Positions 17,130 through 24,855 of a stretch of 24,855 nucleotides of DNA are shown here, piece by piece (the stretch's first letter is position 1; each line of letters begins with the position of its first letter). The notes under the pieces are model-generated. The model saw only the letters and a program-made list of their open reading frames with translations. It had not been told where the DNA came from and searched no databases. A program made the position numbers and the translations under genes. Origin of the DNA: Pseudobacteriovorax sp. (GTDB lineage Bacteria; Bdellovibrionota_B; Oligoflexia; Oligoflexales; Oligoflexaceae); NCBI GenBank assembly GCA_050293845.1, contig JBNKNM010000070.1:1-24855 (forward strand), read 5' to 3'.

Positions 17130-18704
17130 ATGATGAAAAAAATAGATTCAAAAAGATTCTTTTTACCTTTTTGTGCCTTACTAAGTATTACCGGATGTGG
17201 ATCTTCCGAAGACAAGGCCACTGCTATAGATACAGGCACTCCCAGTGTAGTGGCATCAGACTCTGATACTTTGGCTATTTCCGGTAAACTTGCTATTGAG
17301 GATTCTACAGGTTTAGGACTTGCTGCTGATGGTTCAGGATTACTTGCGGTGACCTTAAATGGAGGAACACCAATCGGTGACCCTGAAGATATTACGGTCG
17401 GTTCAGATGGCAGTTTTTCCTATTCGCTATCGAAAGTTAATGACCAGGTAGATTCTATTAACACCGAAATGGCCAAAGATGTTGCTGATTGGGATTGGAA
17501 CTTACTAGCTGAACTGGCTTCCGATCTTTTTGGAGAGTCCGTAACGGCAAGTCAACTTCAAGAAATTGGTGCAGAACAGGTCAAAACCTATATGGAACAG
17601 TTTGCCACACAACTGGAAACATTGGGTACTACTACACTTCTGATTTCCTATACTCCTTCAGATGATATTGTAGCGGAAGCAAATTCGTTTTCCTTCATTG
17701 GTTTACCCACAGCAGGTGGGAAAAATCTTATCGCTTTATCTAATCAGGCCATACTTGGCAATCTCACTTTAGGAGATATCACTGCAGGTAGTAATGGTGA
17801 AGGGCAAGCAGAACTGGATGCAGAAAGTAGTTTTAACCTCAGCGAAAAAGTTATCGATAATCTTGCAGATAATGGTAAAGCCCTCAAAGACTTTAAAAAT
17901 CTTTACATGAATGATGATTGGAAAATAGAAACGTTCTGGGCTTGGATGGGAACTAAAGCCAATGCCATAAATCAATATAGTAGTGTCGATACACTTGAAT
18001 ATAATGGTGTAGGATTTTATATCGGTTCTAGCACTGCCACCCCCTTTGTTTATGAACAGCTGTGTGGTGCCAATCCTGGCTCTCTCACGTTTACCCCTCC
18101 AGAGGAGGTTTCCGTGAAATCAGGGGATGAAACTATCTCCACTTTCACTGAATTTTCCAACAGCGGAGCTACTCAAGACACCCAAGGTGACGATCGCATA
18201 TGTAGCGGCAACAGCTTCTATGGTCGTGAAGATGGAACCAATGAATTTATGATTAACTTTGGTACTGGTGGCGGTATCCAAGGAGACCTACCAAGTGGTA
18301 TTTGGCGTATGAAATGGCAGGATTCGGAAATTGCTCGTTTCGATGTGGCTCTTGCAAAACCTTTTGACAGCGATAACAAGCCTACTGTTTTCATCCCCAG
18401 TGCAAAATTCATCACAGCTAACGACCAAATAACTGGTGTGAGCATTAAATTTTATGTTTGGAACGGCAGCGCTTATGAGGAAATGACTGACATCACAGCT
18501 GTAAAGCGTCTGGTGAGTCAGATCAATGCCAGTATTACCAAGTCTGATACTAATGGAGAAGAGAGAGGGCAAGCGACCTTTGCCAACGAAACCACCACAG
18601 AGGCGAGCTTAACATTTGAGAACCCGGTCTCCACTGCGAATGCTTCATATTTATCTGTTTCATTTACCATTGGAACGGCTAATTACCGCACTGAGTTTCG
18701 ATAG
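17130..18704 (+). CDS. Acidic Ser/Thr/Gly-rich lipoprotein of unknown function
   Basis: Lipobox ITGC after a basic/hydrophobic leader, AGGA SD, 524 aa. Confidence 0.8.
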   Translation: MMKKIDSKRFFLPFCALLSITGCGSSEDKATAIDTGTPSVVASDSDTLAISGKLAIEDSTGLGLAADGSGLLAVTLNGGTPIGDPEDITVGSDGSFSYSLSKVNDQVDSINTEMAKDVADWDWNLLAELASDLFGESVTASQLQEIGAEQVKTYMEQFATQLETLGTTTLLISYTPSDDIVAEANSFSFIGLPTAGGKNLIALSNQAILGNLTLGDITAGSNGEGQAELDAESSFNLSEKVIDNLADNGKALKDFKNLYMNDDWKIETFWAWMGTKANAINQYSSVDTLEYNGVGFYIGSSTATPFVYEQLCGANPGSLTFTPPEEVSVKSGDETISTFTEFSNSGATQDTQGDDRICSGNSFYGREDGTNEFMINFGTGGGIQGDLPSGIWRMKWQDSEIARFDVALAKPFDSDNKPTVFIPSAKFITANDQITGVSIKFYVWNGSAYEEMTDITAVKRLVSQINASITKSDTNGEERGQATFANETTTEASLTFENPVSTANASYLSVSFTIGTANYRTEFR

Positions 18705-18726
18705 GCTTACGATTATTACATAGATC

Positions 18727-18746
18727 CGAGGGGGACTCCCCCCTTG
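18727..18746. terminator. GC-rich hairpin after the lipoprotein gene
   Basis: CGAGGGGG-actc-CCCCCTTG. No clear U-tract, so terminator function is uncertain. Confidence 0.35.
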
Positions 18747-18923
18747 ATGAATTCAGGGCGCCACCCTATTTTCGACTTCTTAGCTAGCAATGCTCTAGAA
18801 ACTTCTGACACTCACTGGAAAGTTGTAATGGGTCATCATAACCACCACTCCGTTGGTTATCACATGAGCAAGCCTGGTCTAGCTTCTCGTCTCAAGAGAA
18901 GAAGGAATCCACCCATGGGCGCG

Positions 18924-19874
18924 TTAATTAAAGAGGTTTAAGCAATAGACTTTTGTAGTCCGTTTGTATCCCTGGCATAGGATTTGATTGGTTTCCTGAA
19001 ATCCAATATTTTGATACAATCGGTTCGCTGTAATCAGCCTGGGACTGGTCTGGAGATATACAAAGTTAATTTTTCGTTGGCGGAGCCATTCCAAACAAGT
19101 CGTTATGAGAACACGGCCCACTCCACGATTGCGAAATGATTTTCGTACGGCCATCTTTGCTAGTTCAAATCTATCTTCAGAATCTTTAATTAAGGCGGCA
19201 GTTCCAATCGCTGCTCCCTCGTAAATCGCGAAAAAAATTTCTCCACCATTGTTTAAAATAGTTTCAGGGTGATCAAGTAGCTCGCTGTCTTTCTCTTCCA
19301 CATAAAACCATTCTTTTAACCACTCTTCATTGAGAGAGCGAAAAGAATGACTATATTTACTTGTGTATGGAATAATCGAAACCTCTTGGAGAAACATCTT
19401 CTTGAATGTTATGTGACAGAGTTGAGATATAGGTTTTTTTCGGATTTCATCTTCAATACGGTCCAATATATAAATAATATCAATGTCAAGATCGACGAAC
19501 ATTTGACTGATTGATTGATGGAGAGCTTTCCATATAGGTTCGATGGATTCTTGTAAAGCAAGGCCTTTTTTTGTCAATACGACAATTCTTTTCCTACCAT
19601 CATCAGAACACCTCCTCGAGCTTACAATCTTCGCCTTTGTCATTGGAGTAATAACCTTAATCGTAGCCGGATGTGATTGGCCCAATCGACTAGCGAGATC
19701 TGTGATGGACATCTCCTGATGCTCCAGCAAAAGGTAATAAACTCCAAACCACCTCGGGTGAAAATCCACACCTAAACGAGAATATATGTCAATGCCATCC
19801 GCAAGTAAATTTTCTGAAATCCCCTTTAGACGGGATGCTAATCCTAATACTCCTAGCTCTTTGAATATAGTCAT
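18924..19874 (-). CDS. Bifunctional MarR-type HTH regulator / GNAT N-acetyltransferase
   Basis: N-terminal LASRLK..SE, SITDLA..LG.SHPA, DDGRKR.V.LT.KG (winged HTH). C-terminal FELAKMAV....RNRGVGR (acetyl-CoA motif A) and A.RLY..IGF. Confidence 0.92.
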   Translation of the reverse strand: MTIFKELGVLGLASRLKGISENLLADGIDIYSRLGVDFHPRWFGVYYLLLEHQEMSITDLASRLGQSHPATIKVITPMTKAKIVSSRRCSDDGRKRIVVLTKKGLALQESIEPIWKALHQSISQMFVDLDIDIIYILDRIEDEIRKKPISQLCHITFKKMFLQEVSIIPYTSKYSHSFRSLNEEWLKEWFYVEEKDSELLDHPETILNNGGEIFFAIYEGAAIGTAALIKDSEDRFELAKMAVRKSFRNRGVGRVLITTCLEWLRQRKINFVYLQTSPRLITANRLYQNIGFQETNQILCQGYKRTTKVYCLNLFN

Positions 19875-19905
19875 ACTATATTGGGTCCTACTTCTAAATG
19901 TTGCC

Positions 19906-19929
19906 TGGATCTGAAATAATTCAGATCCA
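19906..19929. promoter_or_regulatory. Perfect 10-bp intercistronic hairpin
   Basis: TGGATCTGAA-ataa-TTCAGATCCA between co-oriented S41 and MarR-GNAT genes. Confidence 0.5.
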
Positions 19930-19950
19930 AAATTTGATCCGACCTTATGC

Positions 19951-21243
19951 TTAATTTTGTTTTATAGATTTATCTTCCCGACCGCTTTGATAGATACCAC
20001 TGACACTTACTAGTTTTCCTTTTTTATTACGATTAAACTGAAGCCTGAAGTAATCAAGTCCCTCCACTGCAAAGCGATCTTTTTTCACAGCAAGCATTTT
20101 CGATAGTCGTTTGCCACGTTGATAGAATAATTCTTTTCCTTTCATGAGAATAATTCTTTTACCATAATTACCTACATAATCCAACTTGATGTCATCCTGA
20201 AGAGGTAAGGGGGAATACTTAGCCTTAAGTGATTCCTGTGACCACTTTAAAAATGCTAGTTTACTTGCTGTTTTAGTATTATCTATCAATTTTTTTAGAG
20301 CCACTTGATGCGTCTTTTTCAGAGCTTTACTTGGGCTGATTTTTATGTGAGGGGTCACACCCTTGCCTTCCCAATTTGTCTTGGTAATGGGGTTCACAGC
20401 TCGACCAAAAGGTATGGCTAGTCCAAACTTTATATCATCTAGATAATGATAGTTCACGGGATGTGCTCCCCCTCCGGAAGTTTCACCGATTAACGTTGCT
20501 CTTTTAAGATTCTTTAAATTATAACTAAACTCTTCTGCAGCTGAGAACGTTCCGGAGCTGATTAGCACATAGACATCCTTGTCCAGATATTTCTTGCCAC
20601 TAACGTAAGAACTTGTCCAAAATTGATCCATTTGACCTGTTTCTCTGACATAGAAAGAGTTGAGATGAATGCTTTCTTTGAAAAAATAGCTCGTAATTAG
20701 CTGCACCATTGAAGGAGAGCCACCCCCATTGTGCCGAAGATCGATAATAAGGGCCTCGGTGTTACTTAAGAACTTTAGGGCGGCTTCTGCAGTTTTTCCT
20801 GCATATTCCGCAGGAGCAAATCCATTAAGCTTAAGATACCCGATATTTCCTTCTAAAATTTCAACTTTTTTAAAATAGTAATTCGCAGTTTTCAATTGTT
20901 CTTGGATCCCTTTTTCACCTTCAGGATCATTTTCGAGTTGTGGAGGCGGCGTGGGGCTATAAGTGATGCTGATGTGCTTATCATTACTAATTGACACAAG
21001 GTCATTTTCTATAGATTGGGCGAGCACCTGTGGATCGCTAATTTTATTATAAGCGCCGGACTTTAACTTCTTTCTTAGTTTTTGCTCCATCTTGTCCGCA
21101 ATTTCGGGAAAAACATACTTTTGTTTAAATTCGGTGGTGATTCGAGAGATTATTTTCTCGGTGTCCAGGGATTTTGATACAGCTGTATTCAGTTGTAAGA
21201 TCCAGGCGGATAGAGCAAATAATATGCTAAATTTATTGATCAT
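19951..21243 (-). CDS. Peptidase S41 family protein (IRBP-like), exported, with DUF3471-like C-terminus
   Basis: Start reassigned to ATG 21243 (SD AGAGGGG, signal peptide MINKFSILFALS...). Motifs YVFPE, NDKH, GNIGYL, LIIDLRHNGGG, TFSAAEEF (catalytic Ser), IGETSGGGA, NWEGKGVTP. Confidence 0.92.
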   Translation of the reverse strand: MINKFSILFALSAWILQLNTAVSKSLDTEKIISRITTEFKQKYVFPEIADKMEQKLRKKLKSGAYNKISDPQVLAQSIENDLVSISNDKHISITYSPTPPPQLENDPEGEKGIQEQLKTANYYFKKVEILEGNIGYLKLNGFAPAEYAGKTAEAALKFLSNTEALIIDLRHNGGGSPSMVQLITSYFFKESIHLNSFYVRETGQMDQFWTSSYVSGKKYLDKDVYVLISSGTFSAAEEFSYNLKNLKRATLIGETSGGGAHPVNYHYLDDIKFGLAIPFGRAVNPITKTNWEGKGVTPHIKISPSKALKKTHQVALKKLIDNTKTASKLAFLKWSQESLKAKYSPLPLQDDIKLDYVGNYGKRIILMKGKELFYQRGKRLSKMLAVKKDRFAVEGLDYFRLQFNRNKKGKLVSVSGIYQSGREDKSIKQN

Positions 21244-21264
21244 TTTCGTCGACCCCTCTATTAA

Positions 21265-21318
21265 GTAGCTAAATACGTAACTAGTTACATATAATGGACA
21301 AGTGGCTGATATTTTCAA
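21265..21318 (-). promoter_or_regulatory. Candidate promoter with overlapping palindromic operator(s)
   Basis: Minus-strand TTGAAA (21318-21313), 16 bp, CATTAT (21296-21291). Immediately downstream is the perfect palindrome GTAACTAGTTAC (21277-21288) and a 9/12 copy GTAGCTAAATAC (21265-21276). Confidence 0.6.
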
Positions 21319-21492
21319 GCCCAAATACCTGTAATGCATGAAAGGGGCTCTACCTATTTCCCACCACATTCTTGACTCTGCTCCGCTCTATGATCCCGGA
21401 CGAGCCAACTCACTAGGTCAGTTAAAGTGAGTCAGTGCTACCCTCAACTCCCATACAATGAAGGACTCAACATCAAGCTATGGGCATACGAC

Positions 21493-22059
21493 TCAAAAAT
21501 AGAGCATTCCCCCTACTGTAGCTGTAATAAACTCACCTGTAATGTTGATTTCATCGGAAGATAAATTGGAAACCCTCTCCATATCTTCCCATACTTTTTC
21601 CCCCCTCAACTGAGCTGTAACAGCAAAGTTAGCAACAATTCCCAGCCGCATGCCAATTCCTAATACTGCAGCTGGCCTAACACTTTGCTCCTGCAAACCT
21701 ATTTCAGCTATTTTAGCATCGGTGACGACCCAGGCAATTCCTGGTGTGATATTGATGAATCCCAAAGACACAGGAATAAAAAGCCAATCCCAAAGGTAGC
21801 GATGGTAGAAACCTGATCGCAAGTTTTTCAATTCATATTCGGTATAGGAAATATCCCAACCCAGCCCGACAGAACCGAATTTAATTTTTGCTCCCCCAAA
21901 AATCCTTACCCTAAGTGTATTGCCAGGAGCGATTAAATTGGTTAATTCATTTTGGGGAAAGCTTTGTCCTACTTCTACTTGGAAAAGACCGGTCGCTTGG
22001 GTTTTGCTAAAGCCGGGCGCACTGATAAAAAGAATGGCGCTCATAAGAAGCTTGAGCAT
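21493..22059 (-). CDS. Small outer-membrane beta-barrel protein
   Basis: AAGGAGGA SD, signal peptide, amphipathic Gly/aromatic strands, C-terminal GGMLYF. Confidence 0.7.
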   Translation of the reverse strand: MLKLLMSAILFISAPGFSKTQATGLFQVEVGQSFPQNELTNLIAPGNTLRVRIFGGAKIKFGSVGLGWDISYTEYELKNLRSGFYHRYLWDWLFIPVSLGFINITPGIAWVVTDAKIAEIGLQEQSVRPAAVLGIGMRLGIVANFAVTAQLRGEKVWEDMERVSNLSSDEINITGEFITATVGGMLYF

Positions 22060-22175
22060 GGAGTCCTCCTTGTTTTTAAAGTTTGAACTATATTCTCACA
22101 AAAAAATAGCTCTTTTCAAGGAGGTTAATACTGCTTCTCTAATTCACTCACCTAATACTAAGTACTTAGTCTGCT

Positions 22176-23066
22176 CTACCCTCGTCGGCCATACCCTAAT
22201 GCTAGTTTGTTTTTGAAGAGTTCAGCCTCAGATTCACCTTGCCCATGGGGAGACCACCCCGGTTTACGGAGCATATACTGCATCTTATTTTTCCAACTCG
22301 GTTCCTTCACAACATCCCAGAATAAGTTTTGGTACTCACCAAAATTAATCGTTATAGGATTGTATGTTTGGATCGGCTTGAGGACCCCATAAACAACAGG
22401 CTCCTCTTCTTCCTGAAATGTACCAAATAGTTTATCCCAGATAATAAGACACCCACCATAATTTTTATCAATATACTGTGGGTTGGTACCATGATGAACG
22501 CGGTGATGGCTAGGAACTGTAAATATCCTGTCAATTACTGGTATTTTGTTTATCTTTTCAGTATGTAACCAGACTTGATAGTAGCGAATAATGTAGTATG
22601 CAATTAATGAAGAAACGGGGTCATACCCTAGCAACGGCAATGGCACCCAAAAAACCCAACGAAACGAGCTCTCAATCCATGATAAACGTACCGATGTGGA
22701 AAGATTATAGTCTTCCGAACTATGGTGGATACTATGAGTCCCCCAAAGCAACCTCACCTCATGACCAAGTCTGTGATACCAGTAATAGCTAAAGTCGGAG
22801 AGTAAAAGAGCCAGTGGCCAATACCACCAAGCTGCTTCTGACAAGTTAAGACGAAACCAGCTCAGCTGATAGCAGACTGTAAAGCCTCCAACCATGAGTC
22901 CATTCCAGAGCAGCTTCATCAACATACTACCCATAATACCGATTACAATATTAGAAGTACTGTCTTTAATATCATAGCTTTTTGATTTTTTAAAAAAACT
23001 ATAGATAAATTCCGCAAAAATCAGGACGGTAATCACGATGCTTGCCGTCGAAGTAAAGTTTTCCAT
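22176..23066 (-). CDS. Sterol desaturase / fatty acid hydroxylase superfamily protein (alkylglycerol monooxygenase-like)
   Basis: His boxes YWYHRLGH, HSIHHSSE.YNLST, WLHTE, PSHHRVHHG, plus YIDKNYGG.LIIWDKLFGTF and TM helices. Confidence 0.93.
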   Translation of the reverse strand: MENFTSTASIVITVLIFAEFIYSFFKKSKSYDIKDSTSNIVIGIMGSMLMKLLWNGLMVGGFTVCYQLSWFRLNLSEAAWWYWPLALLLSDFSYYWYHRLGHEVRLLWGTHSIHHSSEDYNLSTSVRLSWIESSFRWVFWVPLPLLGYDPVSSLIAYYIIRYYQVWLHTEKINKIPVIDRIFTVPSHHRVHHGTNPQYIDKNYGGCLIIWDKLFGTFQEEEEPVVYGVLKPIQTYNPITINFGEYQNLFWDVVKEPSWKNKMQYMLRKPGWSPHGQGESEAELFKNKLALGYGRRG

Positions 23067-23267
23067 AAAACGCTCCAGAAAGGTTCATCTAGGTCATTTA
23101 TACATATACAATTTTTGATCCAATCTCAAGTTTTTTTAAACACATATTCAATTATTTATGAATTAAATACTAAATTTAATATTTTTTTATTTAATACTAG
23201 ATAGTTAAAAAATTTAAAGAGAGAAAAATTCTTTCCAAGCTGGCACTCTTGAAAGGGCGTACAAGCC

Positions 23268-24855
23268 TTACGAAGCTGAATGAATTGTAAAAAGATTAGT
23301 CGTAGGTATAAATGCATAATAAAATTTGCGAGCTTGAGCGTGGTCTCTGATAGCTGTTCCTGGTGGTAATCTGAATTCCTCCAGATTTTCTTTGAACTTA
23401 GATGAAAGTTTATCATAGGCTTGTTGCTGAACCACTAGTATGTTCCCTGGGAATGGCTTTTGAAGAAACTGCTTCCGCAAGGCCTCATAGCGGTCAGCCC
23501 AAACAATTCCTTGCCCGAAAAGATCATACTCCCTAACTCCTGAGACAGGGTAGAAACCTTCAACATCACCATAAGAAATAGCTATTGAACAAAGCTCATG
23601 GTTTTGAATACCATATTCTTTTTTTAAGGATTCGAAGCTTTTAACAAATGCAAAAGCTAGTTCCAAAGCAAGGTCTGCTGGGTTTTTACCTAATGGAGCC
23701 TGAAAGGGAAAACCCACAGAACAGAGAAAACCGTCACCTAATTCTTTAATACGATAAGCACTAGCTATAAGCTCTTGAGGGTCATAATTTTCCATCATTT
23801 TCTCAAAGCACCTTGAAAAGATAGCTCTAAAAAATTGCTTTTTCCGCGAGTGTTCAATTTTTGAACTGTTAACAATATCAAAAAATAAAACAAATGCCTT
23901 TGCAATTTGACATGGCATGGTTGCTTCTAAAGGTTTTCCGGACCTGATCATATTAAGCTGATGGGGGTATACTAGTTTTTGTAATTGATCGTATAAATGT
24001 TTTTTGGATTTTTCTTTTTGCAATAACTCTTCTATATATTTTTCTTTCTGCCACGCCGCCCTTCTTTGGAAGTCATTAAATCGTTCTGCCAGAGCTAGAG
24101 AAAAGAGCATAGCTTCAAGTGTCGCTCCCGTAATCAGACTCCAGTTAGTAAACATACTAACCGGCAATAATTCCAACGATTTCATTGCAGTTACAATAGT
24201 ACCCAACAGCAGAAAGCTCCAAGCCGAGGTATAAAAGTAAGCAGGTCGATATCGTCTTATAGTAGATATGATGCCTGCAGTCATCATAAGTACGCTACTC
24301 CCGCATATAAGCAGCAAGACAACTATGCTTGATATCCTATAACTTATAAAAGGGATTACAAAAACACACCCAAAAATAAAAATGGAGTAATAATGAAGCA
24401 TTAAATGCTGAGTGCGACTTTGTTCTTTTAGGTTCAAGAAAGCTATTGTGAACCTTAAGGCAAATAGAACTGCCAGTAATACTACTAGGTGAAAACCTTC
24501 ATTACTGCACCATATTTTAAAATCCCCATCTGGTAAGTAATGTAATGAAAAGCCAGTGAGAATACATTGAACACCAATAAAGAAGGACAGGTAAGTTACA
24601 TATAATAGATACTCTTTTCTTCTTAGCGAAAGTAACAAGCACAAATTATATAATAACGTGATGGTAAGCCCTCCAATCTGGAGGGACAAGTAAATGTGCT
24701 CTAGGACTGTGAAATCCGCATATGATTTTTCATCCCATATATTGAAACGACCAGATACGAAACCTTGGCTCTGAATTTTAAAATAAACAAAGTTTTTGCC
24801 AGGTTGTAATTTCACCAAAAAAGAAAGAGATCGCGAAAAGGATATACTTTTTTTA
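23268..24855 (-). CDS. 7TM-DISM receptor fused to class III nucleotide cyclase-like domain (5' end outside window)
   Basis: Frame stays open to the window edge. 7TMR-DISM-like TM region (LYNL.L...R...YL.YV.Y, A.FY..AW, LE..LFSLALAER), short coiled coil, then cyclase motifs LFFDIVNSS, KELGDGF, YDLFG, A.R.E. Confidence 0.85.
   Translation of the reverse strand, partial: KKSISFSRSLSFLVKLQPGKNFVYFKIQSQGFVSGRFNIWDEKSYADFTVLEHIYLSLQIGGLTITLLYNLCLLLSLRRKEYLLYVTYLSFFIGVQCILTGFSLHYLPDGDFKIWCSNEGFHLVVLLAVLFALRFTIAFLNLKEQSRTQHLMLHYYSIFIFGCVFVIPFISYRISSIVVLLLICGSSVLMMTAGIISTIRRYRPAYFYTSAWSFLLLGTIVTAMKSLELLPVSMFTNWSLITGATLEAMLFSLALAERFNDFQRRAAWQKEKYIEELLQKEKSKKHLYDQLQKLVYPHQLNMIRSGKPLEATMPCQIAKAFVLFFDIVNSSKIEHSRKKQFFRAIFSRCFEKMMENYDPQELIASAYRIKELGDGFLCSVGFPFQAPLGKNPADLALELAFAFVKSFESLKKEYGIQNHELCSIAISYGDVEGFYPVSGVREYDLFGQGIVWADRYEALRKQFLQKPFPGNILVVQQQAYDKLSSKFKENLEEFRLPPGTAIRDHAQARKFYYAFIPTTNLFTIHSAS

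Noticed and set aside
18744..18941. 65-aa ORF and short inverted repeats between convergent genes
   Set aside because: TTG start without SD, overlaps the MarR-GNAT 3' end, no recognisable motif, and the stems are short.
21244..21369. N-terminal 42-aa extension of the S41 ORF in the track
   Set aside because: The region holds the promoter and operator. The SD and signal peptide point to ATG 21243.
23067..23267. Very AT-rich intergenic tract (and ORF 23156-23416) as an origin or foreign insert
   Set aside because: No iterons, DnaA-box cluster or mobile-element ends were seen. It is consistent with an ordinary promoter region.
1361..24234. Short ORFs overlapping or antisense to long genes (e.g. 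2653-2931, 3622-3975, 9537-9872, 21920-22216)
   Set aside because: Shadow ORFs of well-supported genes with no independent motifs.

Overview
AT-rich bacterial window with 16 credible CDSs. I found no rRNA, tRNA, CRISPR array or mobile element. The mix of Gram-negative envelope genes, a 7TM-DISM/cyclase fusion and a membrane-anchored AraC suggests a Bdellovibrionota/Oligoflexia-like organism, but that is inference only. Left part: DUF3943-like exported protein, TonB-dependent receptor, diheme cytochrome c lipoprotein, S46 dipeptidyl peptidase. Centre (7624-14458), the most interesting element: a tight four-gene operon with no flagellar genes nearby, encoding a coiled-coil/putative tandem-OB protein, a MotA/PomA-like and MotB/PomB-like ion-channel pair, and a 1434-aa DUF4011-like SF1 helicase with a degenerate nuclease-like C-terminus. 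This resembles Zorya in logic but matches no described Zorya type I know, so it is a candidate new ion-motor-coupled defence system. Right part: membrane AraC regulator, two exported proteins, S41 peptidase plus MarR-GNAT with a candidate palindromic operator, beta-barrel OMP, sterol-desaturase-family protein, and a 5'-truncated 7TM-DISM class III cyclase. All family calls are from motif recognition by eye; no searches were run.
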